A stretch of DNA of 64,000 bases from an uncultured SAR86 cluster bacterium (GTDB lineage: Bacteria > Pseudomonadota > Gammaproteobacteria > Magnimaribacterales > D2472): the NCBI GenBank assembly GCA_902627055.1, contig CACOHS010000002.1, positions 4,380 to 68,379 of the forward strand, written 5' to 3'. Numbering within the stretch: the stretch's first letter is position 1; each line of letters begins with the position of its first letter. Positions 49,656 to 58,358 of this stretch are shown here, one piece after another. The notes under the pieces are model-generated. The model worked only from the letters and a program-made list of their open reading frames with translations. It was not told the DNA's origin and searched no databases. The translations under genes and the position numbers were made by a program.

Positions 49656-51587
49656 TTGCCCTATGCAAATGGTGATATTCACATTGGTCATATTTTAGAA
49701 CATATCCAAACTGATATTTGGGTCAGATTCATGCGTAAATCCAATCATGAAGTCCTCAGCTTTTGTGCAGATGATGCGCATGGTGCTCCAATTATGATGA
49801 AAGCAGATGAGCTTAAAATAAAACCAACAGATTTTATTGATCAAATGCAAAAAGATCATCAAGAGTCACTTAAAAGATTTGGAATTGAATATACAAATTA
49901 CTACTCAACTCATTCAAATGAAAATGAAAAATTGGTATCGGAAATCTTCCTTGATGCAAAAGATTCTGGTCATATCTATAAAGAAGATATTGAACAATGC
50001 TTTGATGAGGAAAAGAAAATGTTCCTTGCAGATCGATATGTGACTGGTGAATGCCCGAAATGTGGTGCAGAGAATCAATATGGAGATGGGTGTGATTCTT
50101 GTGGAGCCACGTATTCTGCTACAGAAATAATTAATCCAAAATCATCATTATCTGGAACTAAGCCAAGTACAAAAATATCTGAGCATATCTTCTTTGATCT
50201 AAAAAAGTCTAAAACTGATCTTATAAAATTTCTAAAAACTGCATCTATCCAAGATTCAGTTGTAGGCAAACTATCTGAATGGTTAGAAGGTGATTTAAGG
50301 AGTTGGGATATTTCTCGTGATGCGCCATATTTTGGTTTTAAAATACCCGATGAAGTAGATAAATATTTTTATGTTTGGGTTGATGCTCCAATTGGATATA
50401 TTGCATCAGCAAAAAATTGGGCTGAAAAAAATGATTTAAATATTGATCATCTATGGGGTAAAAATTCTGAATATGAGATTCATCATTTCATAGGTAAAGA
50501 TATTATCTATTTTCATGGTTTGTTTTGGCCAGCCCTTTTGAATAATTCTAATTATAAGCTTCCTGATAGCATTCATGTTCATGGATTTGTAAGTATAAAT
50601 GGAGAGAAAATGTCTAAATCTAAGGGAACATTCATTACAGCAGATCAATTTGCAGATGTATGCGATCCAGAATTACTTAGATATTATTTTGCAAGTAAAC
50701 TAAATTCAAAAATTGAAGATCTTGATTTAAATCTAGAGGATCTAGCTCAAAAGATAAATTCTGATTTAATAGGTAAATTTTCTAATATATATAGTCGCTC
50801 AGCTCCATTCATCTCAAAAAACAATAATCGTCTTTCTAATTCTATTAATGAAGAACATCTATCTGCATGCATGAAAGATATAGACGAAATCCTTAATCAT
50901 TATGAAAATAAAGAGTTCTCTAAAGCAGTTAAACTTATAATGCAGATTGCTGATAATACTAATAAATTTATTAACGAAAATACGCCTTGGAAGATAGATC
51001 AAAAGGATGCATTAGTTGTAGCATCAACTGCATTAAATGTATTTAAAAATCTGTGCATATTACTTTATCCAATAGTGCCAAATTTGTGCAATCAAATGCT
51101 GAAGATGTTAAAAATTAATAGCTTTAACATTGAAAATCTTGAGGAGAAGATGATTGATTCAAAGATAAATGAATTTAAGCCAATTATTTCAAGGATCGAG
51201 CCACTAGACATAAAAGATTTCTATAAACAGGAAAAAAAAATGAAAGAAGAAGAAAATAATACTATTCAGATTGATGACTTTATGAAAGTTGATTTAAGGG
51301 TTGCTAGAGTTGAAGAGGCTTCTCATGTTGAAGGTGCAGATAAGCTCTTAGCAATTAAGCTAAATCTTGGAGATTTAGGAACAAAAAATGTCTTTGCTGG
51401 TATAAAATCTGTATATGAGCCCTCTGATTTAAAAAATAAATTAGTGGTAATGGTTTATAACTTAGCTCCAAGAAAAATGAAATTTGGTATTTCCGAAGGT
51501 ATGATTCTTGCAGCAAGTGATTCTGAGGGTGGCATATTTGTATTATCTCCTGATTCAGGAGCACAACCAGGACAAAAAATTAAATGA
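49656..51587 (+). CDS. metG: methionyl-tRNA synthetase (start uncertain; homology extends upstream of the only canonical start)
   Basis: PYANGDIHIGH (HIGH motif), zinc knuckles CPKCG...CDSCG, KMSKS, and a C-terminal tRNA-binding domain. TTG 49656 is the only canonical start, but the in-frame upstream KKRKIIVTNA matches the conserved first beta-strand. Confidence 0.9.
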   Translation: MPYANGDIHIGHILEHIQTDIWVRFMRKSNHEVLSFCADDAHGAPIMMKADELKIKPTDFIDQMQKDHQESLKRFGIEYTNYYSTHSNENEKLVSEIFLDAKDSGHIYKEDIEQCFDEEKKMFLADRYVTGECPKCGAENQYGDGCDSCGATYSATEIINPKSSLSGTKPSTKISEHIFFDLKKSKTDLIKFLKTASIQDSVVGKLSEWLEGDLRSWDISRDAPYFGFKIPDEVDKYFYVWVDAPIGYIASAKNWAEKNDLNIDHLWGKNSEYEIHHFIGKDIIYFHGLFWPALLNNSNYKLPDSIHVHGFVSINGEKMSKSKGTFITADQFADVCDPELLRYYFASKLNSKIEDLDLNLEDLAQKINSDLIGKFSNIYSRSAPFISKNNNRLSNSINEEHLSACMKDIDEILNHYENKEFSKAVKLIMQIADNTNKFINENTPWKIDQKDALVVASTALNVFKNLCILLYPIVPNLCNQMLKMLKINSFNIENLEEKMIDSKINEFKPIISRIEPLDIKDFYKQEKKMKEEENNTIQIDDFMKVDLRVARVEEASHVEGADKLLAIKLNLGDLGTKNVFAGIKSVYEPSDLKNKLVVMVYNLAPRKMKFGISEGMILAASDSEGGIFVLSPDSGAQPGQKIK

Positions 51588-52627
51588 AAATCGAAACAGA
51601 TATTTTAGTAATTGGCGCAGGCCCAGTGGGATTGTTTACTGTGTTTGAGGCTGGTCTTTTGGGACTCAAATGCACACTCATAGATAACCTAGATAAAGTT
51701 GGAGGACAATGCTCCGAACTTTATCCAGAAAAGCCTATATATGATATACCCGGGGTTCCTTCACAGACTGCACAGGAGCATGTAGAAGCTTTAGTCGAGC
51801 AAATTAAACCATTTGATTATGATCTTCATCTTTCACAAAGAGTTGAATCGATCGAATCAATTTCAGTGTCAGATGATATTACAACTTGGTTGGTAAGAAC
51901 CAATGAAGGAATTGAATGTACTACAAAAAATATATTTATTGCTGCTGGAGCTGGTTCATTTGAACCAAGAAGACCTCCGAATATAGAGGATCCTGACAGA
52001 TTTCTAGGTAAAGGTGTGAGCTATGCTGTTAAATCTGTGGACTTATATAAAGATAAAAACTTATTTATTTTTGGTGGTGGCGATTCAGCATTGGATTGGA
52101 CAGTTGAATTAGCTAAAACAGCTAAGTCTGTAAGTTTAATTCATAGAAGAGATCAATTTAGAGGGGCTCAACATACTGAAGCTCAAATGAGAGAACTAGT
52201 AAAATCTGGTGAAGTTAATCTTCTAACTCCTTATCAAATTGAAGAGATAAATGGCGATGATAAAGTAGATGGAGTTACTTTAAAAAACTTTGATACGAAA
52301 GAATCTGTTACTCACGAGGCAGATGAATTATTGTTTCTGTTTGGATTAAATAAAAAGTTAGGGCCTATCTTAGAGTGGGAACTAGAACTTGAATCAAAAA
52401 AAATATCAGTAAACACAGAAGACTTCCAAACAAATAGAGATGGAATTTTTGCCGTTGGAGATATTAATGATTATCCAGGAAAACTAGATTTAATTTTATG
52501 CGGTTTTCATGAAACCACTTTAGCTGTCCAAAAAGCTTATCAAAGAATTTTTCCAGGTGAAAGAGTACCATTTGGATACACTACTTCAAATACTAAATTA
52601 CAAAGAAAATTAGGAGTTGCTGAATAA
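51584..52627 (+). CDS. ferredoxin-NADP+ reductase, thioredoxin-reductase-like type
   Basis: DILVIGAGPVGLF, GGGDSALDW and GDIN blocks; about 347 aa. ATGA overlap with metG. Confidence 0.8.
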   Translation: MKIETDILVIGAGPVGLFTVFEAGLLGLKCTLIDNLDKVGGQCSELYPEKPIYDIPGVPSQTAQEHVEALVEQIKPFDYDLHLSQRVESIESISVSDDITTWLVRTNEGIECTTKNIFIAAGAGSFEPRRPPNIEDPDRFLGKGVSYAVKSVDLYKDKNLFIFGGGDSALDWTVELAKTAKSVSLIHRRDQFRGAQHTEAQMRELVKSGEVNLLTPYQIEEINGDDKVDGVTLKNFDTKESVTHEADELLFLFGLNKKLGPILEWELELESKKISVNTEDFQTNRDGIFAVGDINDYPGKLDLILCGFHETTLAVQKAYQRIFPGERVPFGYTTSNTKLQRKLGVAE

Positions 52628-52628
52628 T

Positions 52629-53648
52629 TTAAATAATCAGTTCTTTCAATGTGTCCTGAGGACTGATTGATTTTTCTTGTGACTCAGTTAAGCATTCTCT
52701 TACCCTGTAGGCAATATTCATTAAATCTGATTCAGTCTCATCTGCATTTTTTTTCATTAAGTCTTTAGTCAAACCTATTGCTCCGCCAGAGTTTATTAGG
52801 ATATCAGGGATATATATTATACCTCTATGATGTAGATCGTCGGCTATAGATGAATCCTGAAGTTGATTATTTGCACCTCCAGCAATAATTTTGCAATTTA
52901 GACTTTTTATAGATGACTTATCGAATACAGCTCCGAGTGCACAAGGAGAAAATACATCACATTCAAATGAAAACGCGTCATCAATACAGCGAATATTAGG
53001 ATTATCAATATTTTCGAGCTTTGATTTATCTATATCCGAGATAAAAATTTTAGCCCCATCATTAGCTAGATGTTCCGCTAGCTTCTTTCCTACACTTCCA
53101 GCTCCTTGAATGGAAATTTTTTTATCAGTTAATGATTCTGAAAAACAAAAATCAATTGCCTCTCTTATCACATAATAAATACCTTTTGCTGTATATGGCC
53201 CAGGATCAATATTATCAAAAACAAATTCCGTGTATTTCTTTATGAATCTTATATCCTCCAGCGAAATACCTACATCCTCGGCAGATATATATTGGCCCTC
53301 TAAAAGATTTAAGAAATTAGCATATGATTTTAATAAATGATTTGATTTATTAGTTTCTTTAAAAATAATACCTTTACCGCCACCAAATGGAATTTGAGCA
53401 ACATTATTTTTATGAGTCATACCTCGAGATAAACGCAATACATCATTTAAACCCTCTTCAAATGAGTTATATTCCTTAAATCTACAACCACCAATTGCAG
53501 GCCCTTTTGAAGAATCATGAATTGCTACGAGAGACTTAATACCAATCTTGTTATCTTCATAATAAAAAACTTTCTCATGATCAAACTCATGATGAGAAGA
53601 AATATCAATACCTTTAAAGTTAGTTTTAGTAATGTCTTTAAAAATCAT
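52629..53648 (-). CDS. Leu/Val/Phe dehydrogenase family amino-acid dehydrogenase
   Basis: GPAIGGCRF, PFGGGKG, and the Rossmann motif GAGSVG. Confidence 0.85.
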   Translation of the reverse strand: MIFKDITKTNFKGIDISSHHEFDHEKVFYYEDNKIGIKSLVAIHDSSKGPAIGGCRFKEYNSFEEGLNDVLRLSRGMTHKNNVAQIPFGGGKGIIFKETNKSNHLLKSYANFLNLLEGQYISAEDVGISLEDIRFIKKYTEFVFDNIDPGPYTAKGIYYVIREAIDFCFSESLTDKKISIQGAGSVGKKLAEHLANDGAKIFISDIDKSKLENIDNPNIRCIDDAFSFECDVFSPCALGAVFDKSSIKSLNCKIIAGGANNQLQDSSIADDLHHRGIIYIPDILINSGGAIGLTKDLMKKNADETESDLMNIAYRVRECLTESQEKSISPQDTLKELII

Positions 53649-53698
53649 ATTAATATGAGATTATCGTTTATATTATATGTGCATGATAAGGGCCTTAA

Positions 53699-54295
53699 AT
53701 GTTAAAAGATAGATTTAGAAAATTTCTTCCCGTTATTGTTGACTTGGAGACTGGCGGTTTTGATTCAAAAAAAAACGCAATTTTAGAAATAGCAATTCAA
53801 TTAATTGATGAAGAAAATTCTAAATTAGTATTAGGCGACTCATATAGATATCACATTAAACCTTTTGATGGTCTAAAAGTTGATAAAGAAGCTCTTGAGT
53901 TTCTTCGATTGGATTTAAATCATCCTTTAAGATCGGCTGTGGAAGAGGAATATGCTCTTAAAGAATCCTTCAAAATAATTAATAAACATAAATCAAAATA
54001 CGAATGCTCTAGAGCAATTTTAGTAGGTCATAATGCTTTTTTTGATCATAGTTTTCTGAGCGAAGCTTGTAACAGAAATAATATAAAGAAATCTCCATTC
54101 CATCCCTTTTCATTAATAGATACTGTAAGTTTGGGTGTATTAGCTACTGAACAAACCGTTCTTGCAAGAGTATGTAAAGAATTAGATATTTCTTACATCA
54201 ACGAAGAAGCTCATAGTGCCGCTTATGATGCCGAGGTTACAGCGCAGGTCTTCTGTAAAATCATCAATGATTACGATAGTTTCAAGAGACGTTAG
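53699..54295 (+). CDS. rnt: ribonuclease T
   Basis: FLPVIVDLETGGF, HNAFFDHSFL and HSAAYDAEVTAQVF (DEDDh motifs). Confidence 0.9.
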   Translation: MLKDRFRKFLPVIVDLETGGFDSKKNAILEIAIQLIDEENSKLVLGDSYRYHIKPFDGLKVDKEALEFLRLDLNHPLRSAVEEEYALKESFKIINKHKSKYECSRAILVGHNAFFDHSFLSEACNRNNIKKSPFHPFSLIDTVSLGVLATEQTVLARVCKELDISYINEEAHSAAYDAEVTAQVFCKIINDYDSFKRR

Positions 54296-55017
54296 ATACT
54301 TAAAGTATCACCCACCTCTCTACAGACTGTCGGCAATAGATCAGTTTCTGAATAAAACTCCTTAATACTAAGAATGTAACTTATTAAGCCCTTTGTTCTG
54401 CTGGGAGCGATTCCAGTTGGAATAAAATATTTTGAGTTTAAGGATAGTTGCGCTGATTTTGCTTGCTCTATGTCCATAGAAGCTTGAACGATTCCAAAAA
54501 CCTTAACTTTATCTACTGTCATAATACAAGCATCGACATCTTCAATATCTAAGTTTTTGTTGAACATATGAGATTCATGAAATACTTTAGCATTTCCATC
54601 ATCTAGACAATAAGCAAATGTAGTAGTGTGATATGGCTTCCCTGCTTGAAAAATTTGTAATCTTAGTGATCCTAAGTCGTAGGATTGATTAATTTTGACA
54701 ATGGTCACATTTTTAAATCCATTTTTAATTAGAACTCTTGATGCTTCATGAGTGGTATATATCTTAATATCTTTATCAAATTTATTTAAAGATTCTAAAT
54801 CTAAATGATCAGAAAAATGAGCTGTTATAATTATATGAGTTACTTTATTTATTAAGTTATTTTGAACTAAATATGATTCTCGCAAAGCACTTCGGTGTAA
54901 CAGCCAACTCAATCCTGGAAAAACCTGCTTGTTGGTTAACCATGGATCTACAACTATTAAATCATCATGATGTGCATACACCCATGATTGATAGTCGTCA
55001 CCTCTAATTATTTGCAT
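54292..55017 (-). CDS. MBL-fold hydrolase-like protein, function unknown
   Basis: IIITAHFSDHLD resembles a relaxed HxHxDH motif; about 240 aa. Confidence 0.55.
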   Translation of the reverse strand: MQIIRGDDYQSWVYAHHDDLIVVDPWLTNKQVFPGLSWLLHRSALRESYLVQNNLINKVTHIIITAHFSDHLDLESLNKFDKDIKIYTTHEASRVLIKNGFKNVTIVKINQSYDLGSLRLQIFQAGKPYHTTTFAYCLDDGNAKVFHESHMFNKNLDIEDVDACIMTVDKVKVFGIVQASMDIEQAKSAQLSLNSKYFIPTGIAPSRTKGLISYILSIKEFYSETDLLPTVCREVGDTLSI

Positions 55018-55058
55018 ATGTATATGATTTCATAAATGAAAATTAAAACCATAGTAAG

Positions 55059-55071
55059 AATGATTATCATT
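55059..55071. promoter_or_regulatory. candidate Fur box
   Basis: AATGATtATCATT is a perfect palindrome equal to the core of the 19-bp Fur consensus GATAATGATAATCATTATC. It lies in the divergent region, about 80 nt upstream of the ferritin-like gene. Confidence 0.45.
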
Positions 55072-55150
55072 AAAAAAATACCTTAAATCAATACTTTACA
55101 TAAGAAAATAAAACAAATATATTTAAGTTTAAATTTATTAGGAAAAGTTA

Positions 55151-55585
55151 ATGAGAGAATTAAAAACAAAAGAAGTATGTGATATTTTAAATGAAATTAT
55201 GGAGTATGAGTTAGCTGGTGTTGTACGTTATACGCATTCCTCTCTTATGGTTACTGGTCCATATAGGATACCCATAGTAACTTTTTTAAAAGAACAAGCT
55301 TCTGAATCAATGATTCATGCTCAACAAGCTGGCGAGTTACTTGTAGGGTTAGATGGACACCCAAGCCTCAAAGTTGCAAAAATAGTTGAGACACATAGGC
55401 ACTCAATAAAAGATATTTTAGAAGAAGGCATGGAGCACGAGCTTCATGCATTAAGTTTATATAAAAAACTATTATCCAGTGTAGAAAATGCTTCAGTGTA
55501 TCTTGAGGAATATGCAAGAAGCATGATAGGAGAAGAGGAACAGCATACCTTAGAATTAAAAGCTATGTTGAAAGACTATGGTTGA
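55151..55585 (+). CDS. bacterioferritin-like (ferritin superfamily) protein
   Basis: It aligns by eye with E. coli Bfr: E20 matches E18, M54/H56 match M52/H54, E97 matches E94, and E129/H132 match E127/H130. Ser53 occupies the position of Glu51. Confidence 0.65.
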   Translation: MRELKTKEVCDILNEIMEYELAGVVRYTHSSLMVTGPYRIPIVTFLKEQASESMIHAQQAGELLVGLDGHPSLKVAKIVETHRHSIKDILEEGMEHELHALSLYKKLLSSVENASVYLEEYARSMIGEEEQHTLELKAMLKDYG

Positions 55586-55588
55586 GCT

Positions 55589-55906
55589 TTAAGAAGTTGC
55601 CTCTTTAATAATTGATTCTAGCTCACCTGCTTCATGCATCTCAGTTACAATATCACAGCCTCCAATTAGCTCCCCTTTTACATATAGCTGAGGGAACGTT
55701 GGCCACTCTGAGATAGTTGGAAGTGTTTGTCGAATATCTTGGTTCTCTAATATATCAACATATGAAAATTCAGCTCCGCAATCAATCAATGCTTGAACAG
55801 TTTTTGCTGAGAAGCCACATTTTGGTTCATAGGGCGAACCCTTCATATAAATTAAAATTGCATTATCTTCAATCTGTTCTTTAATTTTATCTTCAATAGA
55901 CATCAA
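55589..55906 (-). CDS. grxD: monothiol glutaredoxin (Grx4 family)
   Basis: CGFS active site (PKCGFS) and WPTFPQLYVKGELIGG. Confidence 0.95.
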   Translation of the reverse strand: MMSIEDKIKEQIEDNAILIYMKGSPYEPKCGFSAKTVQALIDCGAEFSYVDILENQDIRQTLPTISEWPTFPQLYVKGELIGGCDIVTEMHEAGELESIIKEATS

Positions 55907-56658
55907 CTATTCCTTATCACTTTAATATATTTCATTATGGTATCGCTAAATCCAAATTTCAATGCATCAGTCATAATCGCATGCCCAATGGATACCTCAT
56001 CGATAATTCCACATTCTTTTAAATGAGGTAAATTCTCTAGATTGAGATCATGGCCTGCATTTACTCCAACACCAAACTCCTTAGCTTTTGCAATGCATTC
56101 AATAATACTTTTTTTTGTTTGATTGAATAGATTAAGATTTTTTGTTTCTAAGAAATGAGCAAAAGGCCCTGTATAAATCTCAACTCTGTCAAAACCTAAT
56201 TGTGCAGCATAATCAACTGATTTAGGATCAGAATCTATAAATAAGCTAGTCCTAGAATTTTGCTTTTTAATTTCTTCAAGAAATTTAACTAATTCATCAT
56301 CTAGGTGCCCTGGCTGCCATCCATGGTCTGATGTAACTTGATCAAGAGTGTCGGGAACAAGAGTAATTTGATTTGGACGAGTAATATTGCAAAGCTCTTT
56401 AAAGCCAAGAAAGTCATTCTCAGGAAGAGAAAATGGATTACCTTCTAAGTTAAATTCAAGATTATTATCTTTACAGATTTTTGAGATTTCTTTTGCATCA
56501 TTAGATGTTGCATGCCGATGATCAGGCCTTGGATGAAGTGTTAAGCCATCAACGCCAAGTTTAATAGCCAACTTAGCGTAATCTTGTAATGATGGACTAT
56601 CATTTCCACGAGAGTTTCTGAGGAGAGCAATCTTATTTAAATTAACGCTAAGTTTCAT
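55903..56658 (-). CDS. pdxJ: pyridoxine 5'-phosphate synthase
   Basis: LSVNLNKIALLRNSRG, HPRPDHRH and GHAIM blocks. Confidence 0.9.
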   Translation of the reverse strand: MKLSVNLNKIALLRNSRGNDSPSLQDYAKLAIKLGVDGLTLHPRPDHRHATSNDAKEISKICKDNNLEFNLEGNPFSLPENDFLGFKELCNITRPNQITLVPDTLDQVTSDHGWQPGHLDDELVKFLEEIKKQNSRTSLFIDSDPKSVDYAAQLGFDRVEIYTGPFAHFLETKNLNLFNQTKKSIIECIAKAKEFGVGVNAGHDLNLENLPHLKECGIIDEVSIGHAIMTDALKFGFSDTIMKYIKVIRNS

Positions 56659-56672
56659 CAGTGATGAAATAT

Positions 56673-57101
56673 CTATCCCCTATCTTTAAAGTCATCAATG
56701 TTAATATCAAATGAATTTAAATCCGAAGGACTAGAGATTGAAGACTCGTCCCAAAATGCTCTACCACTTGTAATTTTCCCTTCATCATTAACGATAAAAT
56801 GATCAACAATTGAAATATCCATTCCAGTATTATCATTAACATTTCTAACTTCCATAGTCGCTTTCAAAATACCCTCATTAGAACAGATAACAGTATCGAC
56901 ATTTGTGGGCGTGATTTGCATTCCATTACCATGTCCAAAATCCCAGAATTCACAGATAGCCTCTATTCCTATGCAGGGATCAGCTCCAACGGGATCTTCA
57001 AATATTGCCTGATCATCCCACAAACTCTTAAACAAGGATTTGTCATTGTTTTTGTAAGCTAATACGTAATTATCAAGAGCAGATTGAACTTTTTCTTTCA
57101 T
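56673..57101 (-). CDS. NTF2-fold protein (SnoaL / ketosteroid-isomerase-like)
   Basis: 142 aa with an N-terminal pattern typical of SnoaL-like domains (ALDNYVLAYKNNDKSLFKSLWDDQAIFEDP). Confidence 0.6.
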   Translation of the reverse strand: MKEKVQSALDNYVLAYKNNDKSLFKSLWDDQAIFEDPVGADPCIGIEAICEFWDFGHGNGMQITPTNVDTVICSNEGILKATMEVRNVNDNTGMDISIVDHFIVNDEGKITSGRAFWDESSISSPSDLNSFDINIDDFKDRG

Positions 57102-57109
57102 TTTTATTC

Positions 57110-57595
57110 CTATTTTTGAATTCCTTTTTCTTTTAAAAGGACTTTTGTAAATTTATCTTTTGGATTAATTGGGGAAACACACTCCCAAATCCGGTCATAT
57201 TCTGAGTGACTTATGAGCCAATTATTATCTAACTTAATATATTTATCTTCATACAACGCCGTACCTTGCGTAACGCTATCCATATCAAAGTTATAAAAAA
57301 TGTCTTGTAAATACCATTTACCTATAGCCTCCGTCTCAGAAATAATTTTTATCTCGGGATGATGGGCGGTATGCATCGAAGCAGCTTGATTATGAAACGC
57401 GTGTTTTAAACTTTCTTTAATTGTATCTTTACCCTCTGACTCCCATCTATAAGTACCTCCTCGATAATCAATTGTTATATTGTCTGCAAAAACATTATCA
57501 AGTAGATCAAAGTCTGCCATATCAATAGCTCTAAAATATCTATGTTTAAGATTTTTAATTTCTTCAATATCAATTAATTTTTGCAACTTATCCAT
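57110..57595 (-). CDS. NTF2-fold protein (SnoaL_4-like)
   Basis: 161 aa with IEEIKNLKHRYFRAIDMADFDLLDNVFADNITIDY, typical of SnoaL_4 / ring-hydroxylating beta-subunit-like proteins. Confidence 0.6.
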   Translation of the reverse strand: MDKLQKLIDIEEIKNLKHRYFRAIDMADFDLLDNVFADNITIDYRGGTYRWESEGKDTIKESLKHAFHNQAASMHTAHHPEIKIISETEAIGKWYLQDIFYNFDMDSVTQGTALYEDKYIKLDNNWLISHSEYDRIWECVSPINPKDKFTKVLLKEKGIQK

Positions 57596-57602
57596 AAAGA
57601 AA

Positions 57603-58355
57603 TTACCTCAAATATGCTTGACCGCCATCTATCATAATAGTTGATCCTGTTATGTAATTCATTCCATCAGATAATAAATGACATACAGCCTCACCAATGT
57701 CATCTTTGCAATCACCAACCTTTCCAACGGGAATAGTTTTTAAAAATTCATTTGCTTCATCAGGGTTTTCATTCATCCACCAATCCATTCCTGCAGATTT
57801 TGCAAGCGGCATAATGCAATTTACTAGGATTTTATCTGATCCCCATTCAACTGCTGCAGCTCTTGACAATGAACGGATAGACTCCTTGACGGCAGCATAG
57901 GCTCCATAAGAAGAAGAATCAGGTCTCAAAGCAGAAGAGCTAGCTAGATTGATTATCTTGCCGTCACCCTTCAGATGTGGATAACATGCTTTCATAAATC
58001 TAAACGTAGCTAGAGGCCCCGAATTCCAGCCATCAATAAATAACTCATCTGAAACATCTAAAATATTGCCCAAGGGAACCTCTTGAGCATTGTTAATCAA
58101 TATATTTAAAGATTTATAATGCGAAAGAGTTGATTCAATTGAATTATTAATTGATTTACTGTCTTTAACATCACATTGAATTGCTATTGCTGACCCACCA
58201 TTTTTATTGATTTCATCCGCTACAAGTTGAACTTTAGATAAAGTTCTTCCTACTAGACTTACATTAGCGCCATATGTGGCTAGAGCCCTAGCGATACCCT
58301 CTCCAACACCCTGACCTGCCCCAGTAATTAGTGCTGTTTTATTTGAAAAATCCAT
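57603..58355 (-). CDS. SDR-family oxidoreductase
   Basis: TGAGQGVG, NNAQ and YAAVKES motifs. Confidence 0.85.
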   Translation of the reverse strand: MDFSNKTALITGAGQGVGEGIARALATYGANVSLVGRTLSKVQLVADEINKNGGSAIAIQCDVKDSKSINNSIESTLSHYKSLNILINNAQEVPLGNILDVSDELFIDGWNSGPLATFRFMKACYPHLKGDGKIINLASSSALRPDSSSYGAYAAVKESIRSLSRAAAVEWGSDKILVNCIMPLAKSAGMDWWMNENPDEANEFLKTIPVGKVGDCKDDIGEAVCHLLSDGMNYITGSTIMIDGGQAYLR

Positions 58356-58358
58356 TGA

